64,000 bases of DNA from an uncultured bacterium (GCA_913009335.1 CAJVXN010000002.1:11981-75980), one strand, 5' to 3'; counted from the stretch's first letter, positions 28,976 to 38,454 are shown. The notes: a model not told the origin generated them from the letters alone. Numbers and translations are program-made.

Positions 28976-29244
28976 TAATTTATTGATAAAGTAGTGTCAA
29001 GATAATTGTACGCTTTTGTATTTAGGTCCTTTGAAAATTGTTATATGTTCCGTATAACTTTTGGTTGAAGTTTAACTTCAACCAAAGCGCAATTTATTTT
29101 ACATTATAGTATAAATAGCTAATGGTAAGTGTTTGAGGGGGTTGATAAGTGATTTCTATTTATTTTAGGTTAGATGCGCGCGGGTGTTAAGTGCGCAGCC
29201 TGGCGAAGCGTATAATCGCCAGACTGCAAGGAATTTTTAAAATA

Positions 29245-29457
29245 TTATTTAACAGGTGCTGTATCTTGAGCAGGAATCGGGCATAGTCTTTTTGATGTAG
29301 AGCCTACCATGCCCTTCTTGCTTTTGTGGCAATATTTTTCTTTATTGATATGCATGCAAGTCGCTGCAAGAATTAATGTTAGCGCAATGATTGTAAGTAA
29401 AATGTTAGTACATTTCAGTGAGCCGAGTATTCCTGCTGTTGGTTCTTGATTCGCCAT
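29245..29457 (-). CDS. small Cys-rich membrane protein, hypothetical
   Basis: 70 aa with one TM helix. Supported only by the ORF. Confidence 0.25.
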   Translation of the reverse strand: MANQEPTAGILGSLKCTNILLTIIALTLILAATCMHINKEKYCHKSKKGMVGSTSKRLCPIPAQDTAPVK

Positions 29458-29674
29458 TTCTTCCCCCTATGTTTATGATGTTCTTATTCTACTACTATTT
29501 TTTTAATATTGCAAGTACCATTCATTTTAATAGCTATAACCACTGAGGTTTGTATCGCCAATTGTCTGTCCCTTGCCTAAGCGCTTGGAAATTCTTTTCG
29601 CTTCGCTCAATAATTTTCTACGCAGGCTTCGGGATGATTTTTAATAAAGCAAAAAATCATATGAGCCGAAAAAA

Positions 29675-29828
29675 CTACATTGATTCTTTTCTTAATTTCC
29701 GTTTTATTGAAACATCGCGCTTCGATGAACATTTAGAGACGAATTCACTCATCTGGCGCAGCCATTCTAATTTTTTCTTTGCCGGTATGCTCATTAGGCG
29801 TAAAGTGCGTTCTTTATCATTCTCCCAT
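29675..29828 (-). CDS. small basic protein (~51 aa) immediately downstream of the nucleotidyltransferase gene, possible TA partner
   Basis: ATG with a tight spacing to the upstream stop (MIFKWENDKERTLRLMSIPAKKKLEWLRQMSEF...). Not in the ORF track because it is under 60 aa. Coordinates approximate (+/-1). Confidence 0.25.
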
Positions 29829-29835
29829 TTAAATA

Positions 29836-30330
29836 TCATTTCTTTTTTCTCAAGCTCTTTATTCTTTTTAGTTCCTCAATATCAAATTTATCCACTGCGC
29901 GCGCGGATTTCCTCTTCATTTTTAGTAAGTTGTCTATAGAGATAACGGGTAGGGAAATGTTTCCTGCTTTAATATGCAAGGCAGTTTTTCTGGCTTTCTC
30001 AAAAGATATTGGAGAGTCGATAATCAAATCAACTTCTTTCAACACGTCTTTATAAAAATTAAACGCTTTCATATGCTTATTGCTGATCCAATCTTTCCTT
30101 ATTTTTTTATCGGCTAGCCCCAGGGGATCAATCGGCTGTTTTACGTAATAACCGCATTTTTTTAAAATCTTCACAACTTTTTTAAGATTATCATCGCTCA
30201 TTTCAACCAGTATATCTAAATCAGCAGTGCTTCTTAATGAGCCCAGAAGATTAACGGCAATACCGCCGACAATCACATATTTTACTTTATCTTTTTGAAA
30301 TGCCCGTAAAATTTCTTCGTAAATAATCAT
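29836..30330 (-). CDS. nucleotidyltransferase-fold protein (Pol-beta superfamily; AbiEii/MNT-like)
   Basis: VIVGGIAVNLLGSLRSTADLDILVE, a GS...D.D nucleotidyltransferase motif. Confidence 0.45.
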   Translation of the reverse strand: MIIYEEILRAFQKDKVKYVIVGGIAVNLLGSLRSTADLDILVEMSDDNLKKVVKILKKCGYYVKQPIDPLGLADKKIRKDWISNKHMKAFNFYKDVLKEVDLIIDSPISFEKARKTALHIKAGNISLPVISIDNLLKMKRKSARAVDKFDIEELKRIKSLRKKK

Positions 30331-30610
30331 TTGTCCATTGTTTTTGTATTTGATTAATTTGCATTATTATAGCAGAGATGATTTAGGCTTGTAAATAGTT
30401 TATTGGTGGGAGTAGTGCCAAGATAATTATATGCCTTTTGTGTTTAAGTACTGTTGAGGCTAAGCCTCAACAAGCGTTAACTCATATTTTAATAGCCATA
30501 GACCATTATTTTATCTGTCCCTTGCCTAAGCGCTTGGAAATTCTTTTCACTTCGCTTAACAATTTCCCGCGCAGGCTTCGGGATGATTTTTGGTAAAGCC
30601 AAAAATCAAG

Positions 30611-30683
30611 TGACGGCGAATGGACTCGAACCATTGACATAACGGGTATGAGCCGTTTGCTCTACCAACTGAGCTACGCCGCC
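30611..30683 (-). tRNA. tRNA-Met/Ile2 (anticodon CAT), elongator type
   Basis: GGCGGCGTAGCTCAGTTGGTAGAGCA, anticodon loop CTCATAC, T-loop TTCGAGT; the acceptor has one G-U pair. Confidence 0.8.
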
Positions 30684-30689
30684 ATAGTT

Positions 30690-30911
30690 TTATGGAACCA
30701 ATAAAATATTACAAAATTTACCAGCAATAGCGAAAAATCCTACGAGTAATATAATAAAAAGCACTGTAACCAGTAGTATCGCCCTTCTATTTATATAAAT
30801 CAATGTGCAAACAATAAGAAGGATCGGTATTCCTATTGTTAAGGTAAAAGGAATATCTAATTGGATCCACCATTCAGGAATTTTAATTAATAGGTTTTGT
30901 AAATATTCCAT
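30690..30911 (-). CDS. small membrane protein (2 TM), hypothetical
   Basis: 73 aa, hydrophobic. Confidence 0.3.
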   Translation of the reverse strand: MEYLQNLLIKIPEWWIQLDIPFTLTIGIPILLIVCTLIYINRRAILLVTVLFIILLVGFFAIAGKFCNILLVP

Positions 30912-30916
30912 GGTTT

Positions 30917-31705
30917 TTACTTTTTCTTATACGCGTCCAGGAACGAATCGCAGTATATTTGTTTATTACGGATTAATTCTGCGCTAATTAACGCATCCAT
31001 GAGATCTTTGTCTAATGGATCCAGTATCGCCCCTTCTAACCCTGAGCATTGAGCCATAACGAGGAAAGTACGGTTTATCAGGCTGCGGTTAACTGTTCCC
31101 TGGGAAATATTGCTTAATCCTACTATTGTTTTTGGTGCGGGGTCCGATAAAAGTTTAAATTCGCGTAATGCCTCCAATACTTCTTCTGCTTGAGCCTGTG
31201 CTACGTTTACAGGTAAAACAATGGGATCAAGATAGAGTTTTTCGATGGGGAAATTCTTTTCCTGGCAATATGTTACAATTGTTGCTGCTAGTTCCAGTCT
31301 TTGAAATTTATCTTGAGGTACTCCCTTTTTATTCATGGCAAGGCCGATAAGCGAACTATTATATTTTAGTGCCATAGGTACGAGAATATCTAGTCTTTCA
31401 ACATCGGCACCTGTTGAATTTATAACAGTTTGGTTTTTGGCAATAGATAGTCCGGCTTCAATAACATCAGGTTTTGTACTATCCAGCGCGAGTGTTGTAT
31501 CTACTACCTCCTGAATTGTTTCAACCAGCCATTTTATAGTTTCTTTCGGGTTGGCAGATGCCGGTCCGCAGTTTACATCTAGAGCAGATGCGCCGGCATT
31601 AGTTTGGGCAATTGCTAAATCCTGAATTGGTTTTTTATCTTTTGTTTGTATAGCTGCGCCTACTTTTTTATACATTCCGTTGATCAGTTCGCCTACAATA
31701 AACAT
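30917..31705 (-). CDS. acsE: methyltetrahydrofolate:corrinoid/iron-sulfur protein methyltransferase (pterin-binding)
   Basis: MFIVGELINGMYKKVGAAIQ ... ALDVNCGPA, close to the AcsE N-terminus. Confidence 0.7.
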   Translation of the reverse strand: MFIVGELINGMYKKVGAAIQTKDKKPIQDLAIAQTNAGASALDVNCGPASANPKETIKWLVETIQEVVDTTLALDSTKPDVIEAGLSIAKNQTVINSTGADVERLDILVPMALKYNSSLIGLAMNKKGVPQDKFQRLELAATIVTYCQEKNFPIEKLYLDPIVLPVNVAQAQAEEVLEALREFKLLSDPAPKTIVGLSNISQGTVNRSLINRTFLVMAQCSGLEGAILDPLDKDLMDALISAELIRNKQIYCDSFLDAYKKK

Positions 31706-31718
31706 TTACTCTCTCCTT

Positions 31719-32684
31719 CTATTTTTGTAGTAATTGGTTGATGTTTTCTTTTACTATCTCGATTGATTTTGGATGACGCATTATTAAAATGTCGGCACCT
31801 GCCTGAAGGAACGCAGAAGCAGTAACCGCTTCCCAGAGTATGCCTCGCTCCAGCTCTTTGCCCCATTCTGGGAATTCTGACGCAGATGCCTTTGCTTCTT
31901 TTGCCCTCCATGCTTCTTGTCCGACAAAGCATATAAACGGTTGTGCGAGCATCTTGTCTCCGCCTAAAGCTGCAATACGGCCCCTTTCCATTATTGAATA
32001 GGCATATTCTAATCCGTAACCCAGAGCACCGACGGTAGGGTTTATTATAATGCGGTCTGAGGGTAGGCCCATTTCAGTAATTAAGATATTCAGTTGTTTT
32101 GCGATATTTATATCAATTGGCGATTCGGCAATAATATTGTGTCCGTATGCAAGGCATGCCGCGGTAAGTGTCTTGTAGTTTTTCTGCGCGGCATCACCGA
32201 TTAGGCATTTTTCACCTTTGGTGACCTCGGCGCATTTTGGTAATATTAAATTATCTTTTTCCTCATCGTTAGAACCTAAAATAATCAACGGTATTTTGAC
32301 ATTTGCGATTATATCTTTTACGAGTTTAACAGCATCACTTTCGGATTTATTTCCCGCATCCGGATGTGTACCGGCGAGCCTTAAGGCGATAAGATCGGCT
32401 TTAAATTCTGTTTCGCATTTTTTTGCCCACTCAACGGGGTTAGATAATACATCGCCGTATGGTTTTTTTAAAGTATCCGGCCAGTCAACAGGCTCAATAT
32501 CAAAAACCTCCATAGCGATTACAGGTTTATTGGGCATGTCGGATTCTTCGAATAGGTAAGGTAGCCCATTTTGGCCACCGACCTTAATAGCCCTGTCTCG
32601 CGTTCCCCCTTCTTGGCTTGTTGCGCCGATAGTGATTACATCGATTGCGTTAGGCCATTGTTCTTTGAGTAGCTCTTGCGGCAT
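31719..32684 (-). CDS. acsD: corrinoid iron-sulfur protein small subunit (CdhD/AcsD-like)
   Basis: ~320 aa TIM-barrel-like protein between cooC and acsE. Call rests on context plus length, so lower confidence. Confidence 0.5.
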   Translation of the reverse strand: MPQELLKEQWPNAIDVITIGATSQEGGTRDRAIKVGGQNGLPYLFEESDMPNKPVIAMEVFDIEPVDWPDTLKKPYGDVLSNPVEWAKKCETEFKADLIALRLAGTHPDAGNKSESDAVKLVKDIIANVKIPLIILGSNDEEKDNLILPKCAEVTKGEKCLIGDAAQKNYKTLTAACLAYGHNIIAESPIDINIAKQLNILITEMGLPSDRIIINPTVGALGYGLEYAYSIMERGRIAALGGDKMLAQPFICFVGQEAWRAKEAKASASEFPEWGKELERGILWEAVTASAFLQAGADILIMRHPKSIEIVKENINQLLQK

Positions 32685-32728
32685 GTTTCCTCCTTAGGGT
32701 CATAATAATTATTATTTTAGACTCTTCC

Positions 32729-33514
32729 CTAAAATGTATTGGGAAGGCCTACCCTGCTGGGTATATGTTTTTTCATTATGTTGAATGTAGATTTCAACGC
32801 CTCTGATTCATTGCTTAAATCCATGATTGCGCGGTTATTAGTTGCGTATTCTAAAATTTGCGTATCATGAGGTACCAATTCAATTCCTTCATTTGATATA
32901 TCACTAAAATGTTTTATAAGATCGTTTTTATCTGTGCTTTCTGTAACACGGTTAATTATAAAAACGTATTTTTTGATGTCTATGTTTAATTCTTTAATCA
33001 ATGAGTATATTCTTTTGGCAGAATTTATGCCTACGCCTGTCGCATCAGAGATAATAAACATGCAATCGGCACGCCTTGTTGTGCGGCGGGATAAATGCTC
33101 AAGGCCGGCTTCGTTATCAATAACTACAAAGTCGTAATCCCCGGAAATCTTCTGAATAATACCTCGTAAGACATTGTTGGCATAGCAGTAGCATCCCGGT
33201 CCCTCCGGTCTGCCCATTGATAATAGATCCAGGCCTATAGATTCTTCAATTGCAGATTGCACCCGATATTCTATGTATCGGTTTTTTGTCATTCCCGCGG
33301 GAATCTTATCGATGTTTTTGGCGATTTCATCAATGATTGCGCCAATATTCTCAGATGCGCTTATACCTAAGACATCTCCCAGGTTGCTGTTAGGGTCGGC
33401 ATCAATAGCTAAAACAGAGCCCTTATTTTTTTCTCGCAGGAAACGCACCATAAGTGAGGAGATGGTTGTTTTTCCTGTTCCGCCCTTTCCGGCGATAGCA
33501 ATTGTGCAGCTCAT
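32729..33514 (-). CDS. cooC: CooC/AcsF-type Ni-insertion ATPase (MinD/ParA family)
   Basis: Deviant Walker A IAGKGGTGKTT near the N-terminus, 261 aa. Confidence 0.65.
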   Translation of the reverse strand: MSCTIAIAGKGGTGKTTISSLMVRFLREKNKGSVLAIDADPNSNLGDVLGISASENIGAIIDEIAKNIDKIPAGMTKNRYIEYRVQSAIEESIGLDLLSMGRPEGPGCYCYANNVLRGIIQKISGDYDFVVIDNEAGLEHLSRRTTRRADCMFIISDATGVGINSAKRIYSLIKELNIDIKKYVFIINRVTESTDKNDLIKHFSDISNEGIELVPHDTQILEYATNNRAIMDLSNESEALKSTFNIMKKHIPSRVGLPNTF

Positions 33515-35418
33515 AGTTTTATGTTTGCGAATCTGTTAGCATCGGTATGCGGAAAGAATAATGCTGCTACATACTCATCCATATATTTTGGATCTGTGGA
33601 TAATTCAAAATAAGTGATTTTTTTGGCAATTTCTTCTGCTTTTCTCGCTGCATCGCTGGAAAGCATTATTTCTCTTGCGCCTAATAGTGAACTGTTGCCC
33701 ACAAATTTAAATTTACTACGCTCGATATCCGGAAGCAGGCCGATTGTTATCGCATTTTCCATATCGAGGTAATTTCCAAACCCTCCGGCAATAAATACCT
33801 TTTTTATATCGGAAAAATTAAGCTCCATATGTTTTACCAATATGGCTGCGGCAGAATATATTGCTCCTTTTGCCCGCTTGATATTATCTATATCCACATC
33901 ATTTATGTAAATATTATCATCAACAACAAACTCTTTACCTAATTTTCCTACGCGTATATGTTTATTTTCTATATCTTTTATCTTTCCGCTTTTATCAATT
34001 ATGCCGGCTCTTAGCATTTCAGCGATTAAGTCGATATATCCGGAACCGCATATTCCAGCACTTTTAGAATTCAAAATTGTCGTTACATCGGATTCATAAG
34101 TCGATTTATTAATTTTTACGCGTTGTATCGCGCCTTCTCTCGCGCGCATGCCGCATGACACGCCCGAACCTTCAAACGCGGGGCCCGCGGACGCAGCGCA
34201 TGATATCATCCATTCGCGGTTTCCTAAAACAATCTCACCGTTTGTACCTATGTCAATTAAGAGGCATAGGTCTTTTTCTGTATCCATTCCGCAGGCAAGT
34301 ACACCTGCGGTTATGTCTCCTCCGACGTAACTTGATATACCCGGAACGCAGCCTAATAGTCCCCGGGGATTAATTTTAATGCCTGCTTCCTGGGAGCGGA
34401 TTACCGGAACAAAATTTGCCGTAGGCACATAAGGGTCACGTCTTATGTATGTGGGATCCACTCGTAATAAAAGATGCGTCATTGTCGTATTACCCGCGCA
34501 TACGCAACATGTAACATTATTTAAATCAATATTATTTTCTTTGATTAAAGCCTGGATCATATCATTCATACCATCAATAACCGCATGGTGCAGGCGCGAC
34601 AAGCCTTCTTCTTTTTGGGCGTATATTATACGGGTAATAATATCATTACCAAAGGTTGCCTGTTGATTAAATGTTGCCTTGGTGCCTAAGATTTGCTTGG
34701 TGTTTAAGTTAACAAGTTGCCCAGAGATTGTAGTTGTTCCGATATCAAAGGCTATTCCGAAATTATTTTTCGATGTATCACCGGGCTCAATTAGAACAAT
34801 TTCCGTAGTATCGTTTCTATTCCCTAAGGTAACCGTAACCTTAAAATCAGATGAGCGTAATAAATTACCCAGATGGCGAATATTAGCCAGGCCGGTTTGC
34901 ATAATTTTTACATCGCGAACCTTACGGATTTGGCGATAGACTCTTTCAAGGTCGCTGATTCTGTCTTGCAGGTTCGGATCGGGCATCTCCAGATAGAGTC
35001 TGGTTGAAAGCGGCGAATGTATAAAGATGTCTTCATTGATAACAGGTTCACTTTTTTCTATTGATTCGGCTTTTGTGTAGACCCCTTTTAGCCTGGATAA
35101 AAATGCTTCTTCATCGCTTAGTTTTGAAAGATCAAGTCGTGATTCAGGGGGAATTTCTATTTCTACGTTAGATAGCGCGGTAGTCAGACAAGCAAGATAA
35201 AGACCTTTTTTGCGTTCTTCGTTGGTTATTCTTCCCGAAGGTAGCGTAGAAACGCTACCCTTTTTTATGATAACTTTGCATCTGCCGCATACGCCGTCTC
35301 CGGTACAGCTCGAGTTTAAGTTAATCCCCAAAGATATAGCAGCAGAAAGCAAAGTTTTTCCTTTGCCGATTTCTATTGTTTTTTTCTCAGGATAAAATGT
35401 AATTTTGAATTTATCCAT
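33511..35418 (-). CDS. reductive activator of corrinoid Fe-S protein (RACo-like: N-terminal 2Fe-2S ferredoxin plus ASKHA ATPase domain)
   Basis: N-terminal plant-type ferredoxin Cys pattern (CTGDGVCGRCKV), ~630 aa, located between acsC and cooC. Confidence 0.6.
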   Translation of the reverse strand: MDKFKITFYPEKKTIEIGKGKTLLSAAISLGINLNSSCTGDGVCGRCKVIIKKGSVSTLPSGRITNEERKKGLYLACLTTALSNVEIEIPPESRLDLSKLSDEEAFLSRLKGVYTKAESIEKSEPVINEDIFIHSPLSTRLYLEMPDPNLQDRISDLERVYRQIRKVRDVKIMQTGLANIRHLGNLLRSSDFKVTVTLGNRNDTTEIVLIEPGDTSKNNFGIAFDIGTTTISGQLVNLNTKQILGTKATFNQQATFGNDIITRIIYAQKEEGLSRLHHAVIDGMNDMIQALIKENNIDLNNVTCCVCAGNTTMTHLLLRVDPTYIRRDPYVPTANFVPVIRSQEAGIKINPRGLLGCVPGISSYVGGDITAGVLACGMDTEKDLCLLIDIGTNGEIVLGNREWMISCAASAGPAFEGSGVSCGMRAREGAIQRVKINKSTYESDVTTILNSKSAGICGSGYIDLIAEMLRAGIIDKSGKIKDIENKHIRVGKLGKEFVVDDNIYINDVDIDNIKRAKGAIYSAAAILVKHMELNFSDIKKVFIAGGFGNYLDMENAITIGLLPDIERSKFKFVGNSSLLGAREIMLSSDAARKAEEIAKKITYFELSTDPKYMDEYVAALFFPHTDANRFANIKL

Positions 35419-35429
35419 TTTTAATTTTG

Positions 35430-36764
35430 TTACGAATTTAAATTTCTTAAGAAGCTAGGGATTCCCGCTGCTTCACGTGGACCAACTATTACCTTGCGTC
35501 CTGATTTTTCCTCTAAATCCCCACTCATAACAGCAACATATCCGGGTATGATTATGTTATTATGACTTACCTTTTTGGGGATTTCAAATTTATTCAAGGA
35601 TTCTGATATTTTATCGGAAGTAAATTTTTCAGCCGCCCAGGCCGTAAGAACAGACATTCCCTCTGTATCTACACTTACAAGATAAGCCGGTACTTTGCTT
35701 GCCTCAAGCTCGCCTAGAACAGTATAAAACGAAAGAGAAAAATTCGTCGTAATTAATACCGGGGAATCACTTGTTACCTGCCCTATGGGGTATGCTTTAG
35801 GCTCTACCTGCAGCGGTTTCTGCGGGTCAGTGTAAATATTCTGGCGTAGGGTTAAAACAGGAAGTATCTGATACGGGTCAAATCCCTCCAGCAATACTAT
35901 GCCCGTATATTTGAGTATGTAAATACAGGCTTCAATTACTTGTTCGTAGGTGTCGTTATTTTTTATGATTGTTAATGTGGGATAGCCTAAGGGGCGATAG
36001 TTTTTCTTAAGTGCCAGTCTTCGAATTTGTGTTAGGTCCCAGATTTTTTTATTTAGCGGCTTCTCGGCGGTATCTAGTATAAGGCTGTCTACTCCTTCGG
36101 AGTTTATTGATTTGGTTAATTCCGCGAGTTTTTCTAAGTCCGCGTCTTTAGCTACCAAAGGAATGGAAAGCTCTTTGGCGAGTGCGGCAAATTCTTTATA
36201 GTTTTTGCTGTCTGCAGCATAAATAAGGGGCCGCTTTTTTGCGATTGGAGCAGCAGCAGCTTTTATACTTTGGGCATCATTGGATATCAGCACTAATCCC
36301 AAAGGAGTAGCTTCAGATATTTTTTTAACCGCTGCGGCAAATTTCGCACTATCGGAGGTTTGTTTGACGGCAACCAGATTAATTGATATTTCCTGTCCGA
36401 TGCGTTCAAAGTGCAATTTGTTTATTACGGCCAGTCTATCGGTGATATCTTCATCAGATAGGCTGTCTTGGAGGATTATGCCTACGCCTGTGGGATGAAA
36501 GAATTTCTCCTCATGTCTAAATAATACATTTTCGTTGCCAATTTCTAATTTTTTATCGCCTTCGCCTATGGTGATGAGTTTGATCGGTGGTTGAGCTGAT
36601 GCTTCAAGCGCTGCTTTTCCCTCATCGGTTATTTCCGGGCATTTATCCAGTGCCACTGCTTTTTTTGCAAGCTGCATCGCGAAGGCAAGGCATGTAGGAA
36701 ATCCGCATTTGCGGCAATTTGTTTTAGGTAAACGTTTATAAATGTCTAAACCTGATAAAGCCAT
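35430..36764 (-). CDS. acsC: corrinoid iron-sulfur protein large subunit
   Basis: N-terminal 4Fe-4S motif CRKCGFPTCLAFAMQLAKK...C, ~445 aa. Confidence 0.65.
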   Translation of the reverse strand: MALSGLDIYKRLPKTNCRKCGFPTCLAFAMQLAKKAVALDKCPEITDEGKAALEASAQPPIKLITIGEGDKKLEIGNENVLFRHEEKFFHPTGVGIILQDSLSDEDITDRLAVINKLHFERIGQEISINLVAVKQTSDSAKFAAAVKKISEATPLGLVLISNDAQSIKAAAAPIAKKRPLIYAADSKNYKEFAALAKELSIPLVAKDADLEKLAELTKSINSEGVDSLILDTAEKPLNKKIWDLTQIRRLALKKNYRPLGYPTLTIIKNNDTYEQVIEACIYILKYTGIVLLEGFDPYQILPVLTLRQNIYTDPQKPLQVEPKAYPIGQVTSDSPVLITTNFSLSFYTVLGELEASKVPAYLVSVDTEGMSVLTAWAAEKFTSDKISESLNKFEIPKKVSHNNIIIPGYVAVMSGDLEEKSGRKVIVGPREAAGIPSFLRNLNS

Positions 36765-36781
36765 CTGAGTTTCCTCCGTTT

Positions 36782-37192
36782 TTAACGTTTGTTACTTAAC
36801 GTAAAAATATCAAGTGGTGTCTTTTTATGCAATATTTTTGCCAAGCGTTCCGAGGCAGAGTGCCCGGTTGTGTTTTTTAGTTGTTTTAATATTTTATCCT
36901 TTAACCGAAGCGTTATTTTTTTATTCGTTTCGCTATTTTTAAAGTTAACGAAAATGCCTTTTGATTTTAAGATTCGTATATTACCTTTTCCCAGCGTGCA
37001 CCCGGTTGAAAGTTGCAGTCCGTCGATAAGGCAGCTTTTCGGTTTCTTGTGTAGTCCGCTTACGCAAAGGCTTAAGCCGAAATACTTTTTTGCGTTTATT
37101 TTTCTTAGTCCGTATTTACCCATCAAGAGCCCTAAAACCAGCCAGGGGCCCAGATGTCCATGAAATCTAATTGCCGAGTTCAAGGAAGTCAT
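36782..37192 (-). CDS. FmdE-family protein (formylmethanofuran dehydrogenase subunit E-like)
   Basis: RFHGHLGPWLVLG, similar to the FmdE signature fHGHlCPGlalG. Confidence 0.45.
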   Translation of the reverse strand: MTSLNSAIRFHGHLGPWLVLGLLMGKYGLRKINAKKYFGLSLCVSGLHKKPKSCLIDGLQLSTGCTLGKGNIRILKSKGIFVNFKNSETNKKITLRLKDKILKQLKNTTGHSASERLAKILHKKTPLDIFTLSNKR

Positions 37193-37199
37193 TTATTTA

Positions 37200-37323
37200 C
37201 CCCGTTAGAGATAGGTCGTCCTTAGACGACCGTATGTTAAACTAAAACTAACAGATAAACTTACAAGTTCCATAATTATGAATTCATCGTCCATAAGCGC
37301 AAAAGGCATTATCTCTAACGGGG
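37200..37323 (+). repeat. TIR-bounded intergenic repeat element, copy 5 (hairpin GGTCGTC-CTTA-GACGACC)
   Basis: Same TIRs. Lies 8 nt upstream of the FmdE-like start codon. Confidence 0.8.
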
Positions 37324-37327
37324 TTTA

Positions 37328-37448
37328 CCCCGTTAGAGATAGTTCGCCCAGGCGAACGTAAACCAAAGTTATATCCAAATAAAACACATCTCTATGTATT
37401 GCGTTACTATAATAAATCATAGCTATATTTTAGCATCTCTAAGCGGGG
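37328..37448 (+). repeat. TIR-bounded repeat element, copy 6, in tandem with copy 5 (hairpin GTTCGC/GCGAAC; right TIR degenerate CATCTCTAAGCGGGG)
   Basis: Read directly. The right TIR supplies the last codons (NPA-stop) of larB. Confidence 0.65.
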
Positions 37449-38107
37449 TTTATAAGGTTCGCAAAGTATCCGGCACCAAATCCATTATCAATGTTTACTA
37501 CGGTAACACCAGGAGAACAGCTGTTTAGCATTGTAAGAAGTGCCGCTAATCCGTTAAAGCTTGCGCCGTATCCTGTGCTAGTCGGAACCGCTATCACCGG
37601 AGATTTTACTAGTCCGCTTACAATACTTGCCAGTGCTCCCTCCATGCCAGCGACAACTATAATTACGGAGGATTTATATAAGAGTTTTTCTTTATCCATT
37701 AGCCGGTGTATTCCCGCGACTCCTACATCAAACAGGCGTTCAACAGGACTGCCAAGAATTTGACATGTTAAGGCAGCTTCTTCTGCCGCTTCTAAATCTG
37801 CCGTACCGGCACTGACGACTAATACGCTATTTTTTTTAAGCTTTGTTTTTTTGTCTTGGATATAGGCGAGTTTAGCCAGGGGACTATATTTTAATTTAGG
37901 ATAATATTGTTTAAGATGCGTATAGATAGATCGTTTAAGTCTGGTCAGTAAAAGAGTATGCTTTTGCGCGAGTACGATACTAGCGATGTCTTTTATCTGT
38001 TTTTTTGTTTTACCCGGGCAATAAATTGCTTCAGGATATCCTCGCCGATTCTTTCTATCTGTATCAATCTTGGCAAATCCTAAATCACAATAACCTTTTT
38101 GTTTCAT
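37439..38107 (-). CDS. larB: nickel-pincer cofactor biosynthesis carboxylase LarB (PurE-like)
   Basis: N-terminal LarB-type domain plus PurE-like VVAGMEGALASIVSGLVKSPVIAVPTS. Confidence 0.6.
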   Translation of the reverse strand: MKQKGYCDLGFAKIDTDRKNRRGYPEAIYCPGKTKKQIKDIASIVLAQKHTLLLTRLKRSIYTHLKQYYPKLKYSPLAKLAYIQDKKTKLKKNSVLVVSAGTADLEAAEEAALTCQILGSPVERLFDVGVAGIHRLMDKEKLLYKSSVIIVVAGMEGALASIVSGLVKSPVIAVPTSTGYGASFNGLAALLTMLNSCSPGVTVVNIDNGFGAGYFANLINPA

Positions 38108-38454
38108 GTCTTGAGAATGATCCAGAGCATAAAAACGATCAAAATGCTTGAGGCTATATAAAAATCATTAAAATATATAAAGTCAGTTATTCTTTCAAAA
38201 GATGAATACTTTATATGCCTGGTTCTTGTTTTAAATTCAATTTTATCTTGTTGTTTTATACGGTTAATTTGATCTCTTTTAAATCTTAGATGAGTACCTG
38301 CAATTTTATATGCCGGTATTGCGCCTTGTTCGGCAAGTTCGATTACCTCTTGCTCGGTGATCCCTAAGATTTGCGAGACATCCCGTACAGTAATAAGTTT
38401 TTCAGTCACATCGTACCTCTTAAAAAAGGTTCCAAAAATAAACAGCCCTTCCAT
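38104..38454 (-). CDS. HTH (excisionase/MerR-like, HTH_17) DNA-binding protein with a C-terminal TM helix
   Basis: ITVRDVSQILGITEQEVIELAEQGAIPAYKIAGTHLRFKRDQI. The same motif occurs at the C-terminus of the next gene. Confidence 0.45.
   Translation of the reverse strand: MEGLFIFGTFFKRYDVTEKLITVRDVSQILGITEQEVIELAEQGAIPAYKIAGTHLRFKRDQINRIKQQDKIEFKTRTRHIKYSSFERITDFIYFNDFYIASSILIVFMLWIILKT

Noticed and set aside
29550-29939. Plus-strand 129-aa ORF
   Set aside because: It spans repeat Y1 and the antisense of the nucleotidyltransferase/TA genes, and has no RBS.
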